The notes beneath the pieces were generated by a model. That model was not told the origin of the DNA. It was given only the letters and a program-made list of their open reading frames with translations, and searched no databases. From Eledone cirrhosa (Eukaryota), in assembly GCA_964016885.1 (NCBI GenBank), contig OZ024743.1, positions 82,212,001 to 82,276,000 on the forward strand: DNA of 64,000 bases, written 5' to 3'. Shown here in pieces: positions 39,001 through 51,450 of the stretch (position 1 is its first letter; the number at the start of each line of letters is the position of its first letter). The position numbers were made by a program, and so were the translations under genes.

Positions 39001-42000
39001 TTAGGTTACTGGAGTTCTAGTGTTGTAATAGTCCTGGGTCAGGTTAGTTTACTGGAGTTCTAGTGTTGTAGTGGTCCTGGGTCAGGTTAGGTTACTGGAG
39101 TTCTAGTGTTGTAGTGGTTCTGGGTCAGGTTAGTTTACTGGAGTTCTAGTACTGTAGTGGTCCTGGGTCAGGTTAGGTTACTGGAGTTCTAGTGTTGTAG
39201 TGGTCCTGGGTCAGGTTAGGTTACTGGAGTTATAGTGTTGTAGTGGTCCTGGGTCAGGTTGGGTTACTGGAGTTCTAGTGCTCTAGTGGTCCTGGGTCAG
39301 GTTAGGTTACTGCAGTTATAGTGTTGTAGTGGTCCTGGGTCAGGTTAGGTTACTGGAGTTCTAGTGTTGTAGTGGTCCTGGGTCAGGTTAGGTTACTGGA
39401 GTTCTAGTGCTGTTGTGGTCCTGGGTCAGGTTGGGTTACTGGAGTTATAGTGCTGTAGTGATCCTGGATCAGGTTAGGTTACTGGAGTTCTAGTGTTGTA
39501 GTGGTCCTGGGTCAGGTTAGGTTACTGGAGTTATAGTGTTGTAGTGGTCCTGGGTCAGGTTGGGTTACTGGAGTTCTAGTGCTCTAGTGGTCCTGGGTCA
39601 GGTTAGGTTACTGCAGTTATAGTGTTGTAGTGGTCCTGGGTCAGGTTAGGTTACTGGAGTTCTAGTGTTGTAGTGGTCCTGGGTCAGGTTAGGTTACTGG
39701 AGTTCTAGTGCTGTTGTGGTCCTGGGTCAGGTTGGGTTACTGGAGTTATAGTGCTGTAGTGATCCTGGATCAGGTTAGGTTACTGGAGTTCTAGTGTTGT
39801 AGTGGTCCTGGGTCAGGTTGGGTTACTGGAGTTCTAATGTTGTAGTGGTCCAGGGTCAGGTTAGGTTAGTGGGATTCTAGTGTTTTAGTGGTCCTGGGTC
39901 AGGTTGGGTTACTGGAGTTATAGTGTTGTAGTAGCCCAGGCTCAGGTTAGGTTACTGGAATTCTAGTGCTGTAGTGGTCCTGGGTCAAGTTAGGTTACTA
40001 GCGTTCTAGTGTTGTAGTGGTCCTGGGTCGGGTTAGGTTACTGGAGTTATAGTGTTGTAGTGGTCCTGGGTCAGGTTAGGTTAGTGGGGTTCTAGTGCTG
40101 TAGTGGTCCTGCGTCAGGTTGTGTTACTGGAGTTATAGTGTTGTAGTGGCCCTGGGTCAAGTTAGGTTACTGGAGTTCTAGTGCTGTAGTGGTCCTGGGT
40201 CAGGTTGGGTTACTGGAGTTCTAGTGCTGTAGTGGTCCTGGGTCAGGTTAGGTTACTGGAGTTCTAATGTTGTAGTGGTCCTGGGTCAGGTTAGGTTACT
40301 GTAGTTCTAATGTTGTAGTGGTCCAGGGTCAGGTTAGGTTAGTGGGGTTCTAGTGTTTTAGTGGTCCTGGGTCAGGTTATGTTACTGGAGTTATAGTGCT
40401 GTAGTGGTCCTGGTTCAGGTTGGGTTACTGGAGTTATAGTGCTGTAGTGGTCCTGGGTCAAGTTAGGTTACTAGCGTTCTAGTGCTCTAGTGGTCCTGCG
40501 TCAGGTTATGTTACTGGAGTTATAGTGTTGTAGTGGTCCTGGGTCAGGTTAGGTTACTGGAGTTCTAGTGCTGTAGTGATCCTGGGTCAGGTTGGGTTAC
40601 TGGAGTTCTATTGCTGTAGTGGTCCTGGGTCAGGTTAGGTTACTGGAGTTCTAATGTTGTAGTGGTCCTGGGTCAGGTTAGGTTACTGTAGTTCTAATGT
40701 TGTAGTGGTCCAGGGTCAGGTTAGGTTAGTGGGGTTCTAGGGCTTTAGTGGTCCTGGGTCAGGTTATGTTACTGGAGTTATAGTGCTGTAGTTGTACTGG
40801 ATCAGGTTGGGTTACTGGAGTTATAATGCTGTAGTGGTACTGGGTGAGGTTAGGTTACTGGAGTTCTAGTGTTGTAGTGGTCCTGGGTCACGTTAGGTTA
40901 CTGGAGTTCTATAGTTGTAGTGGTCCTGGGTCAGGTTAGGTTACTGGAGTTATAGTGCTGTAGTGGTCCTGGGTCTGGTTGGGTTACTGGAGTTATAGTG
41001 CTGTAGTGGTCCTGGGTCAGGTTAGGTTACTGGAGTTATAGTGCTGTAGTGGTCCTGGGTGAGGTTAGGTTACTGGAGTTATAGTGCTGTAGTGGTCCTG
41101 GGTCAGGTTAGGTTACTGGAGTTATAGTGCTGTAGTGGTCCTGGGTCAGGTTAGGTTACTGGAGTTATAGAGCTGTAGTGGTCCTGGGTGAGGTTAGGTT
41201 ACTGGAGTTATAGTGTTGTAGTGGTCCTGGGTCAGGTTAGGTTACTGGAGTTATAGTGCTGTAGTGGTCCTGGGTAAGGTTAGGTTACTGGAGTTATTGT
41301 GCAGTAGTGGTCCTGGGTCACGTTAGGTTACTGGAGTTATAGTGCTGTAGTGGTCCTGGGTCAGGTTAGGTTACTGGAGTTGTAGTGCTGTAGTGGTCCT
41401 GGGTGAGGTTAGGTTACTGGAGTTGTAGTGCTGTAGTGATCCTGGGTCACGTTAGGTTACTGGAGTTATAGTGCTGTAGTGGTCCTGTTCAGGTTAGGTT
41501 ACTGGAGTTATCGTGCTGTAGTGGTCCTGGGTCAGGTTAGGTTACTGGAGTTGTAGTGCTGTAGTGGTCCTGGGTGAGGTTAGGTTACTGGAGTTATAGT
41601 GCTGTAGTGGTCCTGGGTGAGGTTAGGTTACTGAAGTTATAGTGTTGTAGTGGTCCTGGGTCAGGTTAGGTTACTGGAGTTATAGTGCTGTAGTGGTCCT
41701 GGGTCAGGTAAGGTTACTGGAGTTATAGTGCTGTAGTGGTCCTGGGTCAGGTTAGGTTACTGGAGTTGTAGTGCTGTAGTGGTCCTGGGTCAGGTTAGGT
41801 TCCTGGAGTTGTAGTGCTGTAGTGATCCTGGGTCAGGTTAGTTTACTGGAGTTATAGTGCTGTAGTGGTCCTGGGTCAGGTTAGGTTACTGGAGTTGTAG
41901 TGCTGTAGTGGTCCTGGGTCAGGTTAGGTTACTGGAGTTATAGTGCTGTAGTGGTCCTGGGTCAGGTTAGGTTACTGGAGTTATAGTGCTGTAGTGTCCT

Positions 42001-45000
42001 GGGTCAGGTTAGGTTACTGGAGTTATAGTGCTGTAGTGGTCCTGGGTCAGGTTAGGTTACTGGAGTTGTAGTGCTTTAGTGATCCTGGGTCAGGTTAGGT
42101 TACTGGAGTTATAGTGCTGTAGTGGTCCTGGGTCAGGTTAGGTTACTGGAGTTATAGTGCTGTAGTGGTCCTGGGTCAGGTTAGGTTACTGGAGTTCTAG
42201 TGCTGTAGTGATCCTGGGTCAGGTTAGGTTACTGGAGTTATAGTGCTGTAGTGGTCCTGGGTCAGGTTAGGTTACTGGAGTTGTAGTGCTGTAGTGATCC
42301 TGGGTCAGGTTAGGTTACTGGAGTTCTAGTGCTGTAGTGGTCCTGGGTCAGGTTAGGTTACTGGAGTTATAGTGCTGTAGTGGTCCTGGGTCAGGTTAGG
42401 TTACTGGAGTTATAGTGCTGTAGTGGCCCTGGGTCAGGTTAGGTTACTGGAGTTATAGTGCTGTAGTGGTCCTGGGTCAGGTTGGGTTACCGGAGTTGTA
42501 GTGCTGTAGTGATCCTGGGTCACGTTAGGTGACTGGAGTTATAATGCTGTAGTGGTCCTGGGTCAGGTTAGGTTACTGGAGTTATAGTGCTGTAGTGGCC
42601 CTGGGTCAGGTTAGGTTACTGGAGTTGTAGTGCTGTAGTGATCCTGGGTCAGGTTAGGTTACTGGAGTTATAGTGCTGTAGTGGTCCTGGGTGAGGTTAG
42701 GTTACTGGTGTTATAGTGCTGTAGTGGTCCTGGGTCAGGTTAGGTTACTGGAGTTATATTGCTGTAGTGGTCCTGGGTCAGGTTAGGTTACTGGAGTTCT
42801 AGTGCTGTAGTTGTCCTGGGTGAGCTTAGGTTGCTGGAGTTATAGTGCTGTAGTGGTCCTGGCTCAGGTTAGGTTACTGGAGTTATAGTGCTGTAGAGGT
42901 CCTGGGTCAGGTTAGGTTACTGGAGGTCTAGTGCTGTAGTGGTCCTGGGTGAGGTTAGGTTGCTGGAGTTATAGTGCTGTAGTGGTCCTGGGTGAAGTTA
43001 GGTTGCTGGAGTTATAGTGCTGTAGTGGTCCTGGGTCAGGTTAGGTTACTGGAGTTATAGTGCTGTAGTGGTCCTGGGTCAGGTTAGGTTACTGGAGTTC
43101 TAGTGCTGTAGTGGTCCTGGGTGAGGTTAGGTTGCTGGAGTTATAGTGCTGTAGTGGTCCTGGGTGAGGTTAGGTTGCTGGAGTTATAGTGCTGTAGTGG
43201 TCCTGGGTCAGGTTAGGTTAGAGGGGTTCTATTGTTGTAGTGGTTCTGGGTCAGGTTATGTTACTGGAGTTATAGTGTTGTAGTGGTCCTGGGTCAGGTC
43301 AGGTTACTGGAGTTCTAGTGCTGTAGTGGTCCTGGGTCAGGTTAGGTTACTGGAGTTATAGTGCTGTAGTGGTACTGGGTCAGGTTAGGTTACTGGAGTT
43401 ATAGTGTTGTAGTGGTCCTGGGTCAGATTAGGTTACTGGAGTTCTAGTGCTGTAGTGGTCCTGGGTCAGGTTGGGTTACTGGAGTTATAGTGCTGTAGTG
43501 GTACTGGGTTAGGTTAGGTTACTGGAGTTATAGTGCTGTAGTGGCCCTCGGTCAGTTTAGGTTACTGGAGTTCTAGTGTTGTAGTGCTCCTGGGTCAGGT
43601 TAGGTTACTGGAGTTGTAGTGCTGTAGTGGTCCTGGGTCAGGTTGGGTTACTGGAGTTATAGTGTTGTAGTTATCCTGGGTCAGGTTACGTTACTGGAGT
43701 TCTAATGCTGTAGTGGCCCTGGGTCAGGTTAGGTTACTGGCGTTCTAGTGTTGTAGTGGTCCTGGGTCAGATTAGATTACTGGAGTTATAGTGTTGTAGT
43801 GGTCCTGGGTCAGGTTAGGTTACTGGAGTTTAGTGCTGTAGTGGCCCTGGGTCAGGATAGGTTACTGGAGTTCTAGTATTATAGTGGTCCTGGGTCAGGT
43901 TAGATTACTGGAGTTATAGTGTTATAGTGGTCCTGGGTCAGGTTAGGTTACTGGAGTTTAGTGCTGTAGTGGCCCTGGGTCAGGATAGGTTACTGGAGTT
44001 CTAGTGCTGTAGTGGCCCTGGCTCAGGTTAGGTTACTGGAGTTATAGTGTTGTAGTGGTCCTGGGTCAGGTTAGGTTACTGGGGTTCTAGTGTTGTAGTG
44101 GTTCTGGGTCAGGTTGGAATACTGGAGTTCTAGTGTTGTAGTGGTCCTGGGTCAGGTTAGGTTACTGGAGTTATAGTGCTGTAGTGGTCCTGGGTCAGGT
44201 TAGGTTACTGGAGTTCTAGTGTTGTAATAGTCCTGGGTCAGGTTAGTTTACTGGAGTTCTAGTGTTGTAGTGGTCCTGGGTCAGGTTAGGTTACTGGAGT
44301 TCTAGTGTTGTAATAGTCCTGGGTCAGGTTAGTTTACTTGAGTTCTAGTGCTGTAGTGGTTCTGGGTGAGGTTAGGTTGCTGGAGTTATAGTGCTGTAGT
44401 GGTCCTGGTTCAGGTTGGGTTACTGGAGTTATAGTGCTGTAGTGGTCCTGGGTCAAGTTAGGTTACTAGCGTTCTAGTGCTCTAGTGGTCCTGCGTCAGG
44501 TTATGTTACTGGAGTTATAGTGTTGTAGTGGTCCTGGGTCAGGTTAGGTTACTGGAGTTCTAGTGCTGTAGTGGTCCTGGGTCAGGTTGGGTTACTGGAG
44601 TTCTATTGCTGTAGTGGTCCTGGGTCAGGTTAGGTTACTGGAGTTCTAATGTTGTAGTGGTCCTGGGTCAGGTTAGGTTACTGTAGTTCTAATGTTGTAG
44701 TGGTCCAGGGTCAGGTTAGGTTAGTGGGGTTCTAGGGCTTTAGTGGTCCTGGGTCAGGTTATGTTACTGGAGTTATAGTGCTGTAGTTGTACTGGATCAG
44801 GTTGGGTTACTGGAGTTATACTGCTGTAGTGGTACTGGGTGAGGTTAGGTTACTGGAGTTCTAGTGTTGTAGTGGTCCTGGGTCACGTTAGGTTACTGGA
44901 GTTCTATAGTTGTAGTGGTCCTGGGTCAGGTTAGGTTACTGGAGTTATAGTGCTGTAGTGGTCCTGGGTCTGGTTGGGTTACTGGAGTTATAGTGCTGTA

Positions 45001-46699
45001 GTGGTCCTGGGTCAGGTTAGGTTACTGGAGTTATAGTGCTGTAGTGGTCCTGGGTCAGGTTAGGTTACTGGAGTTATAGAGCTGTAGTGGTCCTGGGTGA
45101 GGTTAGGTTACTGGAGTTATAGTGTTGTAGTGGTCCTGGGTCAGGTTAGGTTACTGGAGTTATAGTGCTGTAGTGGTCCTGGGTAAGGTTAGGTTACTGG
45201 AGTTATAGTGCTGTAGTGGTCCTGGGTCACGTTAGGTTACTGGAGTTGTAGTGCTGTAGTGGTCCTGGGTGAGGTTAGGTTACTGGAGTTATAGTGCTGT
45301 AGTGGTCCTGGGTCAGGTTAGGTTACTGGAGTTATAGTGCTGTAGTGGTCCTGGGTCAGGTTAGGTTACTGGAGTTGTAGTGCTGTAGTGATCCTGGGTC
45401 AGGTTAGGTGACTGGAGTTATAATGCTGTAGTGGTCCTGGGTCAGGTTAGGTTACTGGAGTTATAGTGCTGTAGTGGCCCTGGGTCAGGTTAGGTTACTG
45501 GAGTTGTAGTGCTGTAGTGATCCTGGGTCTGGTTAGGTTACTGGAGTTATAGTGCTGTAGTGGTCCTGGGTGAGGTTAGGTTACTGGAGTTATAGTGCTG
45601 TAGTGATCCTGGGTCTGGTTAGGTTACTGGAGTTATAGTGCTGTAGTGGTCCTGGGTGAGGTTAGGTTACTGGAGTTATAGTGCTGTAGTGGTCCTGGGT
45701 CAGGTTAGGTTACTGGAGTTATATTGCTGTAGTGGTCCTGGGTCAGGTTAGGTTACTGGAGTTCTAGTGCTGTAGTGGTCCTGGGTGAGCTTAGGTTGCT
45801 GGAGTTATAGTGCTGTAGTGGTCCTGGTTCAGGTTAGGTTACTGGAGTTCTAGTGCTGTAGTGGTCCTGGGTGAGGTTAGGTTGCTGGAGTTATAGTGCT
45901 GTAGTGGTCCTGGGTGAGGTTAGGTTGCTGGAGTTATAGTGCTGTAGTGGTCCTGGGTCAGGTTAGGTTAGTGGGGTTCTATTGTTGTAGTGGTTCTGGG
46001 TCAGGTTAGGTTACTAGAGTTCTAGTGTTGTAGTGGTCCTGGGTCAGGTCAGGTTACTGGAGTTATAGTGTTGTAGTGGTCCTGGGTCAGATTAGGTTAC
46101 TGGAGTTCTAGTGCTGTAGTGGTCCTGGGTCAGGTTAGGTTACTGGAGTTATAGTGCTGTAGTGGACCTGGTTCAGGTTGGGTTACTGGAGTTATAGTGC
46201 TGTAGTGGCCCTGGGTCAGTTTGGGTTACTGGAGTTCTAGTGTTGTAGTGCTCCTGGGTCAGGTTAGGTTACTGGTGTTCTAGTGTTGTAGTGGTCCTGG
46301 GTCAGGTTGGGTTACTGGAGTTATAGTGTTGTAGTTATCCTGGGTCAGGTTACGTTACTGGAGTTCTAATGCTGTAGTGGCCCTGGGTCAGGTTAGGTTA
46401 CTGGAGTTATAGTGTTGTAGTGGTCCTCGGTCAGGTTAGGTTACTGGAGTTTAGTGCTGTAGTGGCCCTGGGTCAGGATAGGTTACTGGAGTTTTAGTGT
46501 TGTAGTGGTCCTGGGTCAGGTTAGATTACTGGAGTTATAGTGTTGTAGTGGTCCTGGGTCAGGTTAGGTTACTGGAGTTTAGTGCTGTAATGGCCCTGGG
46601 TCAGGATAGGTTACTGGAGTTCTAGTGCTGTAGTGGCCCTGGCTCAGGCTAGGTTACTGGAGTTATAGTGTTGTAGTGGTTCTGGGTCAGGTTGGAATA

Positions 46700-49600
46700 C
46701 TGGAGTTCTAGTGTTGTAGTGGTCCTGGGTCAGGTTAGGTTACTGGAATTCTAGTGCTGTAGTGGTCCTGGGTCAGGTTAGGTTACTGGAGTTCTAGTGT
46801 TGTAGTGGTCCTGGGTCAGGTTAGGTTACTGGAGTTATAGTGTTGTAGTGGTCCTGGGTCAGGTTGGGTTACTGGAGTTCTAGTGCTCTAGTGGTCCTGG
46901 GTCAGGTTAGGTTACTGCAGTTATAGTGTTGTAGTGGTCCTGGGTCAGGTTAGGTTACTGGAGTTCTAGTGCTGTTGTGGTCCTGGGTCAGGTTGGGTTA
47001 CTGGAGTTATAGTGCTGTAGTGATCCTGGGTCAGGTTGGGTTACTGGAGTTCTAATGTTGTAGTGGTCCAGGGTCAGGTTAGGTTAGTGGGGTTCTAGTG
47101 TTTTAGTGGTCCTGGGTCAGGTTATGTTACTGGAGTTATAGTGCTGTAGTGGTCCTGGTTCAGGTTGGGTTACTGGAGTTATAGTGCTGTAGTGGTCCTG
47201 GGTCAGGCTGGGTTACTGGAGATATCGTGCTGTAGTTTTCCTGGGTCAGGTTGGGTTACTGGAGTTATAGTGCTGTAGTGGTCCTGGTTCAGGTTGGGTT
47301 ACTGGAGTTCTAGTGCTGTAGTGGTCCTGGGTCAGGTTGGGTTACTGGAGTTCTAGTGCTGTAGTGGTCCTGGGTCAGGTTGGGTTACTGGAGTTATAGC
47401 GCTGTAGTGATCCTGGGTCAGGTTAGGTTACTGGAGTTCTAGTGTTGTAGTGGTCCTGGGTCAGGTTATGTTACTGGAGTTATAGTGCTGTAGTGGCCCT
47501 GGGTCAGGTTAGGTTACTGGAGTTCTAGTGCTGTAATGGTCCTGGGTCAGGTTGGGTTACTGGAGTTATAGTGCTGTAGTGGTCCTGGGTCAGGTTAGGT
47601 TACTGGAGTTCTAGTGCTGTAGTGGTCCTGGGTCAGGTTGGGTTACTGGAGTTATAGTGCTGTAGTGGTCCTGGGTCAGGTTAGGTTACTGGAGTTATAG
47701 TGTTGTAGTGGTCCTGGGTCAGGTTAGGTTACTGGGGTTCTAGTGTTGTAGTGGTTCTGGGTCAGGTTGGAATACTGGAGTTCTAGTGTTGTAGTGGTCC
47801 TGGGTCAGGTTAGGTTACTGGAGTTATAGTGCTGTAGTGGTCCTGGGTCAGGTTAGGTTATTGGAGTTCTAGTGTTGTAATAGTCCTGGGTCAGGTTAGT
47901 TTACTGGAGTTCTAGTGCTGTAGTGGTCCTGGGTCAGGTTAGGTTACTGGAATTCTAGTGCTGTAGTGGTCCTGGGTCAGGTTAGGTTACTGGAGTTCCA
48001 GTGTTGTAGTGGTCCTGGGTCAGGTTAGGTCACTGGAGTTATAGTGTTGTAGTGGTCCTGGGTCAGGTTAGGTCACTGGAGTTCTAGTGCTGTAGTGGTC
48101 CTGGGTCAGGTTGGGTTACTGGAGTTATAGTGCTGTAGTGATCCTGGATCAGGTTAGGTTACTGGAGTTCTAGTGTTGTAGTGGTCCTGGGTCAGGTTGG
48201 GTTACTGGAGTTCTAATGTTGTAGTGGTGCAGGGTCAGGTTAGGTTAGTGGGGTTCTAGTGTTTTAGTGGTCCTGGGTCAGGTTATGTTACTGGAGTTAT
48301 AGTGCTGTAGTGGTCCTGGTTCAGGTTGGGTTACTGGAGTTATAGTGCTCTAGTGGTCCTGGGTCAGGTTGGGTTACTGGAGTTATAGTGCTGTAGTTTT
48401 CCTGGGTCAGGTTGGGTTACTGGAGTTATAGTGCTGTAGTGGGCCTGGTTCAGGTTGGGTTTCTGGAGTTCTAGTGCTGTAGTGGTCCTGGGTCAGGTTG
48501 CGTTACTGGAGTTATAGTGCTGTAGTGGTCCTGGGTCAGGTTATGTTACTGGAGTTATAGTGTTGTAGTGGCCCTGGGTCAGGTTAGGTTACTGGAGTTC
48601 TAGTGCTGTAGTGGTCCTGGGTCAGGTTGGGTTACTGGAGTTATAGTGCTGTAGTGGTCCTGGGTCAGGTTAGGTTACTGGAGTTCTAGTGCTGTAGTGG
48701 TCCTGGGTCAGGTTGGGTTACTGGAGTTCTAGTGCTGTAGTGGTCCTGGGTCAGGTTAGGTTACTGGAGTTCTAGTGCTGTAGTGTCCCTGGGTCAGGCA
48801 GGTTAGGTTACTGGAGTTCTAGTGGTGTAGTGGTCCTGGGTCAGGTTAGGTTACTGGAGTTTTAGTGCTGTAGTGGCCCTGGCTCAGGTTAGGTTACTGG
48901 AGTTCTAGTGTTGTAGTGGCCCTGGCTCAGGTTAGGTTACTGGAATTCTAGTGCTGTAGTGGCCCTGGGTCACGTTAGATTACTGGAGTTCTAGTGCTGT
49001 AGTGGTCCTGGGTCAGGTTGGGTTACTGGAGTTATAGTGCTGTAGTCGTCCTCTGTCAGGTTAGGTTACTGGAGTTCTAGTGCTGTAGTGGCCCTGGCTC
49101 AGGTTAGGTTACTGGAGTTCTAGAGCTGTAGTGGTCCTGGGTCAAGTTCGGTTACTGGTGTTATAGTGCTGTAGTGGTCCTGGGTTAGGTTAGGTTTCTG
49201 GAATTCTAGTGCTGTAGTGGTCCTGGGTCAAGTTCGGTTACTGGTGTTATAGTGCTGTAGTGGTCCTGGGTTAGGTTAGGTTACTGGAGTTCTAGTGTTG
49301 TAATAGTCCTGGGTCAGGTTAGTTTACTGGAGTTCTAGTGCTGTAGTGGTCCTGGGTCAGGTTAGGTTACTGGAATTCTAGTGCTGTAGTGGTCCTGGGT
49401 CAGGTTAGGTTACTGGAGTTCTAGTGTTGTAATGGTCCTGGGTCAGGTTAGGTTACTGGAGTGATAGTGTTGTAGTGGTCCTGGGTCAGGTTGGGTTACT
49501 GGAGTTCTAGTGCTCTAGTGGTCCTGGGTCAGGTTAGGTTACTGCAGTTATAGTGTTGTAGTGGTCCTGGGTCAGGTTAGGTTACTGGAGTTCTAGTGCT

Positions 49601-51450
49601 GTTGTGGTCCTGGGTCAGGTTGTGTTACTGGAGTTATAGTGCTGTAGTGATCCTGGGTCAGGTTGGGTTACTGGAGTTCTAATGTTGTAGTGGTCCAGGG
49701 TCAGGTTAGGTTACTGGGGTTCTAGTGTTTTAGTGGTCCTGGGTCAGGTTATGTTACTGGAGTTATAGTGCTGTAGTGGTCCTGGTTCAGGTTGGGTTAC
49801 TGGAGTTATAGTGCTGTAGTGGTCCTGGGTCAGGTTGGGTTACTGGAGATATCGTGCTGTAGTTTTCCTGGGTCAGGTTGGGTTACTGGAGTTATAGTGC
49901 TGTAGTGGTCCTGGTTCAGGTTGGGTTACTGGAGTTCTAGTGCTGTAGTGGTCCTGGGTCAGGTTGGGTTACTGGAGTTCTAGTGCTGTAGTGGTCCTGG
50001 GTCAGGTTGGGTTACTGGAGTTATAGCGCTGTAGTGGTCCTGGGTCAGGTTACGTTACTGGAGTTCTAGTGTTGTAGTGGTCCTGGGTCAGGTTATGTTA
50101 CTGGAGTTATAGTGCTGTAGTGGCCCTGGGTCAGGTTAGGTTACTGGAGTTCTAGTGCTGTAATGGTCCTGGGTCAGGTTGGGTTACTGGAGTTATAGTG
50201 CTGTAGTGGTCCAGGGTCAGGTTAGGTTACTGGAGTTCTAGTGCTGTAGTGGTCCTGGGTCAGGTTGGGTTACTGGAGTTATAGTGCTGTAGTGGTCCTG
50301 GGTCAGGTTAGGTTACTGGAGTTATAGTGTTGTAGTGGTCCTGGGTCAGGTTAGGTTACTGGGGTTCTAGTGTTGTAGTGGTTCTGGGTCAGGTTGGAAT
50401 ACTGGAGTTCTAGTGTTGTAGTGGTCCTGGGTCAGGTTAGGTTACTGGAGTTATAGTGCTGTAGTGGTCCTGGGTCAGGTTAGGTTATTGGAGTTCTAGT
50501 GTTGTAATAGTCCTGGGTCAGGTTAGTTTACTGGAGTTCTAGTGCTGTAGTGGTCCTGGGTCAGGTTAGGTTACTGGAGTTCTAATGTTGTAGTGGTCCA
50601 GGGTCAGGTTAGGTTAGTGGGGTTCTAGTGTTTTAGTGGTCCTGGGTCAGGTTATGTTACTGGAGTTATAGTGCTGTAGTGGTCCTGGTTCAGGTTGGGT
50701 TACTGGAGTTATAGTGCTCTAGTGGTCCTGGGTCAGGTTGGGTTACTGGAGTTATAGTGCTGTAGTTTTCCTGGGTCAGGTTGGGTTACTGGAGTTATAG
50801 TGCTGTCGTGGGCCTGGTTCAGGTTGGGTTACTGGAGTTCTAGTGCTGTAGTGGTCCTGGGTTAGGTTGCGTTACTGGAGTTATAGTGCTGTAGTGGTCC
50901 TGGGTCAGGTTATGTTACTGGAGTTATAGTGTTGTAGTGGCCCTGGGTCAGGTTAGGTTACTGGAGTTCTAGTGCTGTAGTGGTCCTGGGTCAGGTTGGG
51001 TTACTGGAGTTATAGTGCTGTAGTGGTCCTGGGTCAGGTTAGGTTACTGGAGTTCTAGTGCTGTAGTGGTCCTGGGTCAGGTTGGGTTACTGGAGTTCTA
51101 GTGCTGTAGTGGTCCTGGGTCAGGTTGGGTTACTGGAGTTCTAGTGCTGTAGTGGTCCTGGGTCAGGTTAGGTTACTGGAGTTCTAGTGCTGTAGTGTCC
51201 CTGGGTCAGGCAGGTTAGGTTACTGGAGTTCTAGTGCTGTAGTGGTCCTGGGTCAGGTTAGGTTACTGGAGTTCTAGTGCTGTAGTGGCCCTGGCTCAGG
51301 TTAGGTTACTGGAGTTCTAGTGCTGTAGTGGTCCTGGGTCAAGTTCGGTTACTGGTGTTATAGTGCTGTAGTGGTCCTGGGTTAGGTTAGGTTTCTGGAA
51401 TTCTAGTGCTGTAGTGGTCCTGGGTCAAGTTAGGTTACTAGAGTTATAGT
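46700..51450 (+). repeat. About 61-monomer (2627-bp) tandem duplication within the array
   Basis: GATATCGTGCTGTAGTTTTCC at 47221/49848 and TATAGCGCTG with the C at 47400/50027 (offset 2627 = 61x43+4). A CAGG insertion at about 48795 and 51207 (offset 2412 = 56x43+4). Confidence 0.85.
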
